DNA of 64,000 nt from a virus: positions 63,600-127,599 of IMG/VR virus record IMGVR_UViG_3300025840_003418. One strand, written 5' to 3'. The position numbers and the translations under genes were made by a program. Shown here one piece after another: positions 18,476-27,469 of this stretch. The notes beneath the pieces are model-generated. The model ran no database searches. It was not told where the DNA came from and saw only the letters and a list, made by a program, of their open reading frames with translations. Position 1 is the first letter of the stretch; every line of letters begins with the position of its first letter.

Positions 18476-19359
18476 TTTACTACCTCATATCTATAATTAC
18501 GATAAAGTCGTGGTGTAAATATCGAAAGATTTTCTTCTTCTGATTTGTACATGTACGGAAATATGCACTTTGTCTTGTCTATTAAATCTTTAATTGGTAT
18601 TTCAATAGTCCGAATTAGTATGTTAGGATCATCGGGCTCAGTGATAAAAAACATAACAACCTTATCAGTAATTTCCTTGTCTAACAATTTTTCATTTACA
18701 ACAATATCTTTAGTGCTATAAAATTGCCATTGTTTTGCAATATCATTTTTAAAAATATATACACTAGTGTCATCAGACGAATTTATCATATACAACTGAT
18801 TGTCAACTAAAACTTTATGTCCTTTTCTATTTTTTCGTGCCATTAAAGGAATAGATTTTTTATCTACTGATACTATATTTTCAAGAAATAGTTCAGCAGT
18901 GTCTAACGTATCTTCAACAGTAAAATCTTTATGAAGTTTGTATACATTATTATTAGCCCAAACGTGATCGCCTTTATAAAACAAATCAGTTGCGTTATGT
19001 TTTCTAAAATCTATACCAACGTATATCTTTTCTAGGTTGTCAAATGTATTACCTTTAAATGGAATTTGATAAAGGTAATCTTCAACTGATTTTAAAAAAC
19101 TAGTTGCAACCTCTCTAGCGATTACGTATTCTCTAAGTTGATGATTATATTTTACTACATATTCGCTAATTTTTGCTCTACCTAAAAAATATTCTTTTAC
19201 TTCGTCATGATTAACTTCAATAACATCATAATCGCTATCTATAGGGTTATTTGTAATGTCAAAGACTTCGCCATGTGTTTTTTCAAAATACACATAACTT
19301 ATATCTCCTTGTGCTATTAAACTGTTTAATTTTGTTATTGCATTAATTAAATTAGACAT
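18472..19359 (-). CDS. Hypothetical protein carrying one aromatic beta-module shared with the neighbouring glycosyltransferase
   Basis: YVGIDF...FYKGDHVWANNNVYK...GHKVLVDNQLY matches the repeats in 19352..20785. Confidence 0.55.
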   Translation of the reverse strand: MSNLINAITKLNSLIAQGDISYVYFEKTHGEVFDITNNPIDSDYDVIEVNHDEVKEYFLGRAKISEYVVKYNHQLREYVIAREVATSFLKSVEDYLYQIPFKGNTFDNLEKIYVGIDFRKHNATDLFYKGDHVWANNNVYKLHKDFTVEDTLDTAELFLENIVSVDKKSIPLMARKNRKGHKVLVDNQLYMINSSDDTSVYIFKNDIAKQWQFYSTKDIVVNEKLLDKEITDKVVMFFITEPDDPNILIRTIEIPIKDLIDKTKCIFPYMYKSEEENLSIFTPRLYRNYRYEVVK

Positions 19360-20785
19360 AAGTTATTTCCTTGTATTTGTTAAATACTTTTTCGACAAAG
19401 TCTTTTTCGGTATAATGCAATATACCATTTTGTACAAAATTTCCTAACTTTAAATTACAATTGTCATCTAAATATACGCCTAATTTATCTTGCCACCTAT
19501 CTGGCGGATTGTTCCAGCCTTGTATCATCGGCTTTAAGTGTGTAAATGTAAGAATATTGTTTTTCTTATTTGTAACTTCTTCTTCTATATTAAGTATTTT
19601 TATTGCAATTGCTGCTGCGACATCTATACTCAAATGTCCGGGTGTTTGATTAGGTAGAAACTCTTTCCAAAACTCTTTCCAATTCTTACAAATAATTTCT
19701 AGTAAATTATAAAAGTTTTTTGCTAGATCTGATTGTTTAAAATAATGTACCCCAACGTATGTGTTAGGCAAATAGTTTTCGGTAAATGTCTTTCGGTAAA
19801 AATCATTTTCAATTACGTTATTATTAAATGTTCTTACTTCAGATGTAAAGAATAAATCTGAATCACTTAACATATTCCACGTACTAGTAAGATCATTAAA
19901 CACCATCATATCAGTGTCCATTACAATTGTTTCATCATACGGACTACAGTGATAGATTTTCCATCTATTTTCAACTTTCCAAATAGTTGTTTCAGCATCA
20001 TCACCAAAGGGAATAGGAATAATTTTGTCAAACAATATCTCATAATCTGCAGGAACAATATCGTTAGTAATAATTGATATTTTTTCATTAGGACTATTTT
20101 TACTTAGAGACAGTGCTAATAACACAGCCTGTTTAACATAGTCTACTTGTAGTACAGGATCAACTGTATATAAATTATTATAATAACACACTAAATTGCC
20201 CGGCCGTGGGTTTTCAAATACTAAACTTTTGTTACTGTCTGCATACAATTTAACTTCTTGATCAATAATAGGCTCGTAATCGTCTTCAGTAAACTCACTA
20301 TTTGCTGGTACGTCAACTAAAGCACGCCACACTCTGTTATTATGCCAAACATGTTGACCTGCTAAATGTAAAACTTCTTTATACCAAATATCAATGTTAA
20401 CTCCTTCAAATTGAGGAGTCAGTGTATATAATTGTGTTTCATCTTCTTTACGCACTTCGTAAATATTATTATCAGATAATACAATATTATTCTTTTTACA
20501 CAAGTGATGTACAACAAGATCGTTTTTGTCATAGTGTATATAGACTTCAGGTATTACTAATTTTACATCATCATAATTAAATGTTTTAGACTGTAAACAA
20601 GTATTAACAAATCTAAAGACTTTATTATCATACCAAACATGCTGACCAGATATATAGTCGAGATCCGGATACCATATATCTACATGAATACCTCTGTATT
20701 GCTCTTCGAGGAAATGATTAGGTATTTGTCTCGATACTCTTTCATAACTATTTTGTGCTAAAACTATTATACCTCTATTGCTCAT
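19352..20785 (-). CDS. GT8-like glycosyltransferase with ~200-aa tandem-repeat insertion
   Basis: RGIIVLAQN...DYVKQAVLLALS, FDKIIP, SPYDETIVMDTDM (DxD), FTHLKP, LHY. Confidence 0.7.
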   Translation of the reverse strand: MSNRGIIVLAQNSYERVSRQIPNHFLEEQYRGIHVDIWYPDLDYISGQHVWYDNKVFRFVNTCLQSKTFNYDDVKLVIPEVYIHYDKNDLVVHHLCKKNNIVLSDNNIYEVRKEDETQLYTLTPQFEGVNIDIWYKEVLHLAGQHVWHNNRVWRALVDVPANSEFTEDDYEPIIDQEVKLYADSNKSLVFENPRPGNLVCYYNNLYTVDPVLQVDYVKQAVLLALSLSKNSPNEKISIITNDIVPADYEILFDKIIPIPFGDDAETTIWKVENRWKIYHCSPYDETIVMDTDMMVFNDLTSTWNMLSDSDLFFTSEVRTFNNNVIENDFYRKTFTENYLPNTYVGVHYFKQSDLAKNFYNLLEIICKNWKEFWKEFLPNQTPGHLSIDVAAAIAIKILNIEEEVTNKKNNILTFTHLKPMIQGWNNPPDRWQDKLGVYLDDNCNLKLGNFVQNGILHYTEKDFVEKVFNKYKEITYV

Positions 20786-21617
20786 TAATTACTCTTTCTA
20801 GACTAAATTTATTCATTATATGAACACTTTTTCCTTTAGTACTTAATGCTAGATATTCTCCTAAGTATTTTGGTCGTTCAACCAAAAATTGCATATAATC
20901 ATCATTAATTTCTAAACATATATCTTTATCAATTGTATAATAATGCGTACCTGGTAATTCTTGTACACAACTATCAAGTCCATCAAAACCATTAAGAATA
21001 TGTGCTGCAATACTAAATGCAAAGTCATTTCTAAATAACGGAGAGTCAATTTGATACACTCGCCTGTAATGAGGCCAATTATCTTGTATGTGTGAAATTA
21101 GATCAAAGAATATTTTATTTGATTCAGTCTTTGTAAAATATACTACAGTTGCCCAATAAAAATCAACACCACACTCACTTATGTACTTAAACTCTGCTTC
21201 ACTACGTGTTCCTGATAAATCTTTTGCATTTTTAAACATCATTAAATCATATTGACTGTCAAAACAGGATTTAAATAAATCATTAGAAATAATATAATCT
21301 GTATCTAATAACAATGTGCTATCGTATGGAGATAGATCATATGCTTGTGCTCTGCCTGCATTTTTAAAAGGAAGTTTTTTGTGTGTTAAAGTACCATCAA
21401 AGTAAAATCTATTATTCTGGACAACTTCCCATGCTGTAGGAATAATCTTATCAAATATTCCTCGGTCAAAACTTTCTACTAAGTAGTCTGGAGAATCAGT
21501 AACTATACTAGTAGGAATATTTAAATACTTCTGTATACGTTTTGCTAAAAATTGTGCTTGATTTACATAATCAAGCGATCCGTTATTTCTTGCAAATAGT
21601 AATGCGCCTTTAGTCAT
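20775..21617 (-). CDS. GT8-like (GT-A) glycosyltransferase
   Basis: KGALLFARN...DYVNQA, FDKIIP, SPYDSTLLLDTDY (DxD), RND, HIMNK. Paralog of 19352..20785. Confidence 0.7.
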   Translation of the reverse strand: MTKGALLFARNNGSLDYVNQAQFLAKRIQKYLNIPTSIVTDSPDYLVESFDRGIFDKIIPTAWEVVQNNRFYFDGTLTHKKLPFKNAGRAQAYDLSPYDSTLLLDTDYIISNDLFKSCFDSQYDLMMFKNAKDLSGTRSEAEFKYISECGVDFYWATVVYFTKTESNKIFFDLISHIQDNWPHYRRVYQIDSPLFRNDFAFSIAAHILNGFDGLDSCVQELPGTHYYTIDKDICLEINDDYMQFLVERPKYLGEYLALSTKGKSVHIMNKFSLERVINEQ

Positions 21618-21963
21618 TTTCTATTAATTTTTCTACCGAACGTTTTTTACCCAATGCTACATAACTGTTATGATAATCGTTAGAAGCTTCAAAGTAAATA
21701 TCTAAAATATCTTCTAAAAACTTAGACAAGTCTGGTATCATTACTGGACGATCGTTGTCATCAGTCAAAACAACGTCAGTATCTGCACCTTGCTTTACTA
21801 GTAAATCTATAAATGTAATTAACTCTCGTGTAATAGTAAACTGAGAACCTTCAGTAAAATATATTAAACTTTCTTTAAACTTTTCTTGAAGAATACGTTT
21901 TTGATTATTGATCGTAACCATATACTTGCTAAAGTCAAGGGCTTTTTCTAATCTTTCGTCCAT
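21610..21963 (-). CDS. Hypothetical phage protein
   Basis: ATG 21963 (MDERLEKAL) follows a strong GGAGG RBS. First gene of the glycosylation block. Confidence 0.7.
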   Translation of the reverse strand: MDERLEKALDFSKYMVTINNQKRILQEKFKESLIYFTEGSQFTITRELITFIDLLVKQGADTDVVLTDDNDRPVMIPDLSKFLEDILDIYFEASNDYHNSYVALGKKRSVEKLIEND

Positions 21964-21983
21964 ACTACCTCCTGTTAGTGTTA

Positions 21984-22012
21984 AGTATAACACAGATTGT
22001 TTAGTAAGTCAA
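21984..22012 (-). promoter_or_regulatory. Sigma70-type promoter TTGACT-N17-TATACT with extended -10 TG
   Basis: Minus strand reads ttgact tactaaacaatctgtgt tatact, upstream of GGAGG and ATG 21963. Confidence 0.75.
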
Positions 22013-22029
22013 TATGAATATACTTATTA

Positions 22030-22977
22030 TTACAGGTTGCTTGTAGAGTTGTAAGTTGGTGCTGCTACACTTACAGTGGTGACTGTGTTAGACCCTATTA
22101 CCATTGTACCATTTGCTCTCAGTACAGACGGTTGTACTGTTAACGTGCCCTGGACGTCTTCGTCAACATCAGTACCTTGTCCATCAACGCCGCCTGTATT
22201 AACATCGTCAAACACTACGTTAAATCTAATTCTAGAAGTGTTATCTTCTTTTGCTTGAATATAAAAAATGTTACCTGTATACGTTGATGCTGTTTTTTGC
22301 CATATAGTTTGGTAAGTACTAGTAAGATCATAGTTACCAATACTCGAAGCAGTACCATAGCCTGTGCTGTGTATAGTGCTTGTATAACCAAACTCAACGT
22401 GTCCAGTTCCGATTATACCCGACCATTCTTGACCCTTTGTAGAGTTATCGCCTGTTTGTGTAGAATCTATTTTCACTCTACTACCTGCATTAAAAAATTC
22501 TCTACGTGCAGCAGCGTCTGCAAATGTTAGTGTGAATTCATGATTTACAGCACCATTCCATGGAGTTGTTCTGCTATTACTCGAATATGAAGTTTCAGAA
22601 CGTTGACTAGTATGTAGGTCAAATCTATTATTTTCGCAATCAGTCATTAAACCTTCAAGATATATTATGTGAGCTTCTTCAATTTTATCAGTATTAGTTG
22701 TGTTTGCAAGGTAATCACCAGTTACATAAGGACTTTCAATTGTCCCAAAAGCGGTTGTTCCAATCTGGTGTACTCTTGCTCTTACAATATCGCTATAAAT
22801 ATCTAAATACTGTTGTTCACTAATCAAATCACCGCTAGATGTTGCTGCTACTGTTGTAGAATCAATACTGTTTCCGTAGCCATATGTTTCGTTAGCACCT
22901 GAAGAAGAATCTCCCATTACTGATAATATTCGAGAACGTAGATTGTTATATCGCGTGGCTGTAATAAAGGTAGGCAT
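22030..22977 (-). CDS. Virion structural protein (tail/baseplate associated)
   Basis: Thr/Ser/Gly-rich; ITATRYNNL...GYG...RARVHQIG...FFNAG...IGNYDLT. Paralog of 23022..24008. ATG 22977 follows AGGAG. Confidence 0.65.
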   Translation of the reverse strand: MPTFITATRYNNLRSRILSVMGDSSSGANETYGYGNSIDSTTVAATSSGDLISEQQYLDIYSDIVRARVHQIGTTAFGTIESPYVTGDYLANTTNTDKIEEAHIIYLEGLMTDCENNRFDLHTSQRSETSYSSNSRTTPWNGAVNHEFTLTFADAAARREFFNAGSRVKIDSTQTGDNSTKGQEWSGIIGTGHVEFGYTSTIHSTGYGTASSIGNYDLTSTYQTIWQKTASTYTGNIFYIQAKEDNTSRIRFNVVFDDVNTGGVDGQGTDVDEDVQGTLTVQPSVLRANGTMVIGSNTVTTVSVAAPTYNSTSNL

Positions 22978-23021
22978 TGGGACTCCTGTCAAACTATATC
23001 ATTATATATAGTTTATTTACT

Positions 23022-24008
23022 TTACAGTGTTGTTATGTTTTGGTAAACTGGTGCAGGAACTTCGATATAAAAGTCAATTAAATCATCACCAGTTAGAGTA
23101 CTTTTTGCTCTTAAATGATTTACACTACTCTTTAAAGTTCCGTCAATTAAATCATCTTCTGCGCCGCTTTCCAAATCATCAAATACAATTTTAAATTGTA
23201 TTTCAGAATCAGAAACTTCTTTTGCATATATTTCCATTAAATTTTGATTATATGTAGGATATATTCCACCATTGCTTAATTTAGTATAAATTAATTGATA
23301 AGAAGTTGTTAAATCATAGTTGCCGATTGCAGAAGGTGTTCCCTGGTCAGTTGTACTAGTATCACTATGGTTAAACTTAACTATACCTGCTCGTTGTAAT
23401 AGAACACTCCAGTCATTGCCTTTAGGGGTTGCATAACCTAAATTAGATGTTTCTATTCTAAGTTCACCGCCTGAGTTAAAAAAATGTCTACGATGACCAG
23501 AATTATTAAAAGAAACTTTTACTTCATGTATAAGTTGTCCATTCCATTGAGAAGTTCTAGTGGAAGAAGTACCCAATTCGACTACTGACTGAGTCGAATC
23601 AACTAAGAATTTATCAGTTTCGATTCTATCCATCATTCTTTCTAGATCAGCAATACCTTTAAATTCAGCATCAGCTCCTGTGCCAGTTGACTCTTCGCCT
23701 ATAATATCAATTCCGGCTACAAATTCAAGATTTTTTATTTGATCAGTTATTTCAGAACTTAATAACCCAATTTGGTGTAATCTTGCTCTTATCAAGTCTT
23801 TGTATAAATTATTAAAAGACTGTGCAGTAACATTAACTTGCATATTGCCGCCTGGGATGTTTGTTACTTCTTCACTACTTATAGCACCACCATAACCTGA
23901 AGCACCTTGTCCATATCCAGTTTGTCCAGCGCCAGTTCCTAAAACTGCTGCTATTCTGTTTTGCAATAGGTTAAACCTTGATGCTGTAATTAAATCTCCG
24001 ACGGCCAT
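23022..24008 (-). CDS. Virion structural protein (tail/baseplate associated)
   Basis: ITASRFNLL...GYG...RARLHQIG...FFNSGG...IGNYDLT. Paralog of 22030..22977. Confidence 0.65.
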   Translation of the reverse strand: MAVGDLITASRFNLLQNRIAAVLGTGAGQTGYGQGASGYGGAISSEEVTNIPGGNMQVNVTAQSFNNLYKDLIRARLHQIGLLSSEITDQIKNLEFVAGIDIIGEESTGTGADAEFKGIADLERMMDRIETDKFLVDSTQSVVELGTSSTRTSQWNGQLIHEVKVSFNNSGHRRHFFNSGGELRIETSNLGYATPKGNDWSVLLQRAGIVKFNHSDTSTTDQGTPSAIGNYDLTTSYQLIYTKLSNGGIYPTYNQNLMEIYAKEVSDSEIQFKIVFDDLESGAEDDLIDGTLKSSVNHLRAKSTLTGDDLIDFYIEVPAPVYQNITTL

Positions 24009-24019
24009 TTATCTTTCCT

Positions 24020-25543
24020 TTATACCTTAAGAACACATTCTACTAATTTTTCGCCCTCATCGTTATTTGTTTCTAGTGCTATGCCTACCATTGCCGTTGA
24101 AGCAATAGTTGTACATACACCTTCTGCCCAAGCATACACTGCCATACCCTTTGAAACTGGACCTTTTACTCTTACTGGTAAACGTCCTTTAAGTCCAATA
24201 TATTGCCCTTCTGCTTCTGAATTCATCATAAGCGCAGGATCTGTTGATACAACACCAATACAGAATGAACTTGCGCTTGCTGGCTCTACTTCATGATCCG
24301 GATGTCCACATACTGCAACTGCTGTGCCTGCTGGTAATTCTTCAGCAGTGGTATATTTCTCTGCAAGGTCAGCAAATTGTGCTTGTGTTGCTGTACCATG
24401 AAAAACATTTGCTGTAATGTCACCGCTTGCATCTCTTGCGGCAATTGTATTTCCGCCAGCAGTGACTGTTGCTGTTTGGTGACTAGGTGCGCCTGCTGCA
24501 GGATCATTTACTTTAAGATTAGTTGCTTTATCAGATTCGCCTCTAAAGTTTACAGCATGTACTTCTGCCCATTGTAATGTAGGCGATCCTAAATCAGTTA
24601 CATTGTCTAATACCGGAACTACTGCTGGGTGTGTAATTTTTGCTACATCAGTTAGTGTACCTGAAGCGTTTGTTGTTTTAAAAATTATTTCACTGTTACT
24701 ACCATTATTGTTTGATAGTACACCAGCACCGCTTTGTGTAGATAGACCAAAAATTCCATCTATAGTTGCACTAGGTGCTGTTAGTGTTGCAGAAAAGTTA
24801 GCTGCGGCACTTAGTGCATATGCACTTGCTGCAACGCCACCTAGTTTTTCTGCATTAGAAGCAGTACCATGGTAAACATAATCATTTCCGGCTACATTAG
24901 TACTATTTGTAACACCGTTGTCTGAATCTAAAGTATATTTTAGGGTTGTACCTTTTTTAATTTTATCAAAGCCGGCAATAGGATTAAGTGATCCTAAAGT
25001 AAATTCTTCGTTACTTATAATATACGAAGTTTGATCATTAATTACAGCTTTAATAATAGTTTTTGTAGCACCTAACGTATCAATTACTTGTTCACTTACC
25101 ATGTTAGTAATACCTGAACCAGCAGACTGAGGACCAACTAGGGTATATTGATTATCTCCTGCTGTACCGTTATGCACATATAACTGATTGTTTACTTCGT
25201 CCCACCAAAAATCACCTTTAACAAGTGTACTAGGTGCACTTGATGCGATCTCAGAACCGCCTGTTGATTTCCAATATCCAATACCTGGTAATGCGCCAGG
25301 AGTAGCAACAAAATATTTTAGTTTACTATTTGTAGAATCGTACCATAACTGCCCTCTAATTGCTCTAGTTGGTGCGTTTCCGCCTGCAAAGTTTTCTAAC
25401 AAGAACAATAAGTTCTCGTTTTGGATCTCTCCGTACCCTGCGTAGTTTTTACCAATAAATTTGATATTGGTTGTTTGATCTATAGTTCCATCTTCTACTG
25501 TTGTTAACAGTGAATTGTCGAATCTATCAATTTGATAAGCCAT
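24020..25543 (-). CDS. Tail fibre protein with C-terminal chaperone/auto-cleavage-like domain
   Basis: Shared N-terminal module GYGE...ENFA...P...GQLWYD. C-terminal ADLAEKY...GVVST.PA..MN...GRLPVRV.G is typical of fibre C-terminal domains. Confidence 0.7.
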   Translation of the reverse strand: MAYQIDRFDNSLLTTVEDGTIDQTTNIKFIGKNYAGYGEIQNENLLFLLENFAGGNAPTRAIRGQLWYDSTNSKLKYFVATPGALPGIGYWKSTGGSEIASSAPSTLVKGDFWWDEVNNQLYVHNGTAGDNQYTLVGPQSAGSGITNMVSEQVIDTLGATKTIIKAVINDQTSYIISNEEFTLGSLNPIAGFDKIKKGTTLKYTLDSDNGVTNSTNVAGNDYVYHGTASNAEKLGGVAASAYALSAAANFSATLTAPSATIDGIFGLSTQSGAGVLSNNNGSNSEIIFKTTNASGTLTDVAKITHPAVVPVLDNVTDLGSPTLQWAEVHAVNFRGESDKATNLKVNDPAAGAPSHQTATVTAGGNTIAARDASGDITANVFHGTATQAQFADLAEKYTTAEELPAGTAVAVCGHPDHEVEPASASSFCIGVVSTDPALMMNSEAEGQYIGLKGRLPVRVKGPVSKGMAVYAWAEGVCTTIASTAMVGIALETNNDEGEKLVECVLKV

Positions 25544-25582
25544 ATTCTGTACCCCTAAATGCTATTATTATTTATCGTATCT

Positions 25583-27469
25583 TTATAAACTTTCAAGACC
25601 TATGTTTACCCATTCAATTGTTGTAATATTAGTGACAGGATCAGTATTTGCCTGCACTTCATAAGTTAAAAGTTGTCTGTTTGGATTTGTGAATTCGATA
25701 TTGTTAAACGCAATATCTCGAACCACTGGTTGATTTTCTGTACCATTTTTGTCAACAGCAACCGTTGAAATATTCTTTGCTGTTTCAATATTAATTGTAA
25801 CACTACTATAACTAGTTGTATGTATTCTTGCTATTTTACCAACGTTAACAGATTCAACTGGAAACAGTCCTGCTAAGTAAGAAGCAACAATTTCTAGATA
25901 TGCTAAGTTAGTATCGATACCTGTAACGTCTAATGCCATAGCTAATGGCTGTGTTAATGTTGTATTATCGACATATACTTTGTTAGCAGCATCACCTGGA
26001 TTCTGTGGTGTAGCAATACCACTTATTCTAGCAACAGGGTTAATTTGTAACTGGCCGCCTGTAGTAAATGTAATATTACCTGTAGCTTGTAAATTTAAAT
26101 TACCTGTTGCTAAAACAGTATTGCCGTCTATGTTAATGTTATCTACATCTAAATACACCAATGTACCTAGTCTAACTAAATCATCTGCAAAGTTAATGTT
26201 TTGTAAACTGTTTTCTGTTAATTTAATACTACCGTTAATTCTATAACTTAGCGATTCACTTGTTAAATTTAAATCTTTGTTTGATTCCCAAGCGTTTGAA
26301 TCGTATTCCCATAAGAACGTTTTATCGCCCTGTGTAGATCTAACAATAATACCACCGCCGTCTGCAAATAAATCGTCTTGTGCTGTACCGTCAGCAGTAA
26401 CAGCAAGTTTTATCGATTTATCCAAAACTTGCAAGGTTGTAACTTCAACGCTTAATTGCTCACCTTCAACAATTAAGTTGCCTGTTATTCGTGTATCACC
26501 TTCAACATCTAGCGTATATAACGGAAGTCGATCAATATTCATTATACCAACTCTACCTTCACTAGCATCAATGTATACAGCGTTAGTTAAGTTACCTAAG
26601 TTAGCCCCAGACACAACTCTTAATGCAAGGTCACTATTTGAGATAGGATTTTCGATAAAGAAATTAGCACCCTGTGGACGCATACTCATAATCGTGTTAG
26701 TAGTATTTGAGAATATTAAACCGTTTGTGTTTCTTATTTCTAATCTACCAGTTGTTAAACTATCAATATCAGATCTAATAAACTGATCAGCATTGAGTAA
26801 TTGTCCGTCAGTTGTTGCTAAGTTTGAAGTACTTTCAGCAGTACCAATAAACTTAAAATTTACTTTATCGTATACGTTAAACCCTTTGAATATAATACCA
26901 TTAGGATTACTTGCTGATACAAGTGCTGGAATTCTAGCCACTACAGCAGGTGTAAATTCTATGTTACTAAATAAACCAACTTCTTCGTTATTGATGTATA
27001 GTTTTGCAATTGTAATCTCAACTTCTGTAATACTTTTAATAGTTTCAACGAAGAAACCTGTTTTACCTTGGTTTTTAGTAAAACTCGGTCCAATTAATAA
27101 TGGATCGCCGCCGCCATCAAAAAAGTATAACTGGTCATCACTATTGTTAAACCAAAAGTCACCAGCTGCTAATCCAATAGGCTGTGTTGACTGAATAAAC
27201 GGTTCGCCTGTTGATTTCCATTCTACACCAGTATAAATTTTTAACTGGTTGTTTGCGCTATCCCACCATAACTGCCCTGTCAACGGATTGCTTGGTGCAG
27301 CAGTATTCGAAAAGTTTTCAAGCAATTTGATAAAGTTTTCATTAAAAACTTCACCGTAGCCCCTATACCCTCTACCTACAAGCGTTAAGTTTGTACTTGT
27401 AGTATCAATCTTTCCGTCAATTAAGTCTACTAGTACTGTACCGTTTGTTTTATTTAATTGATAGCTCAT
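25583..27469 (-). CDS. Tail fibre / baseplate-anchored structural protein
   Basis: Same N-terminal module (GYGEVFNENFIKLLENFS...GQLWWD). Fibre motifs LDVEGD and DAANKVYVD. Confidence 0.7.
   Translation of the reverse strand: MSYQLNKTNGTVLVDLIDGKIDTTSTNLTLVGRGYRGYGEVFNENFIKLLENFSNTAAPSNPLTGQLWWDSANNQLKIYTGVEWKSTGEPFIQSTQPIGLAAGDFWFNNSDDQLYFFDGGGDPLLIGPSFTKNQGKTGFFVETIKSITEVEITIAKLYINNEEVGLFSNIEFTPAVVARIPALVSASNPNGIIFKGFNVYDKVNFKFIGTAESTSNLATTDGQLLNADQFIRSDIDSLTTGRLEIRNTNGLIFSNTTNTIMSMRPQGANFFIENPISNSDLALRVVSGANLGNLTNAVYIDASEGRVGIMNIDRLPLYTLDVEGDTRITGNLIVEGEQLSVEVTTLQVLDKSIKLAVTADGTAQDDLFADGGGIIVRSTQGDKTFLWEYDSNAWESNKDLNLTSESLSYRINGSIKLTENSLQNINFADDLVRLGTLVYLDVDNINIDGNTVLATGNLNLQATGNITFTTGGQLQINPVARISGIATPQNPGDAANKVYVDNTTLTQPLAMALDVTGIDTNLAYLEIVASYLAGLFPVESVNVGKIARIHTTSYSSVTINIETAKNISTVAVDKNGTENQPVVRDIAFNNIEFTNPNRQLLTYEVQANTDPVTNITTIEWVNIGLESL

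Noticed and set aside
20147-20745. Intein as the explanation for the insertion in the GT8-like gene
   Set aside because: No Cys/Ser start paired with a His-Asn end, and no Hint or LAGLIDADG motifs. The insert is a tandem duplication of a small aromatic module.
2257-21963. Bacterial O-antigen or capsule locus (host contamination or prophage flank)
   Set aside because: No wzx, wzy, wzm/wzt or other membrane export genes. The genes are compact, interleaved with phage-type paralogs and contiguous with tail genes.
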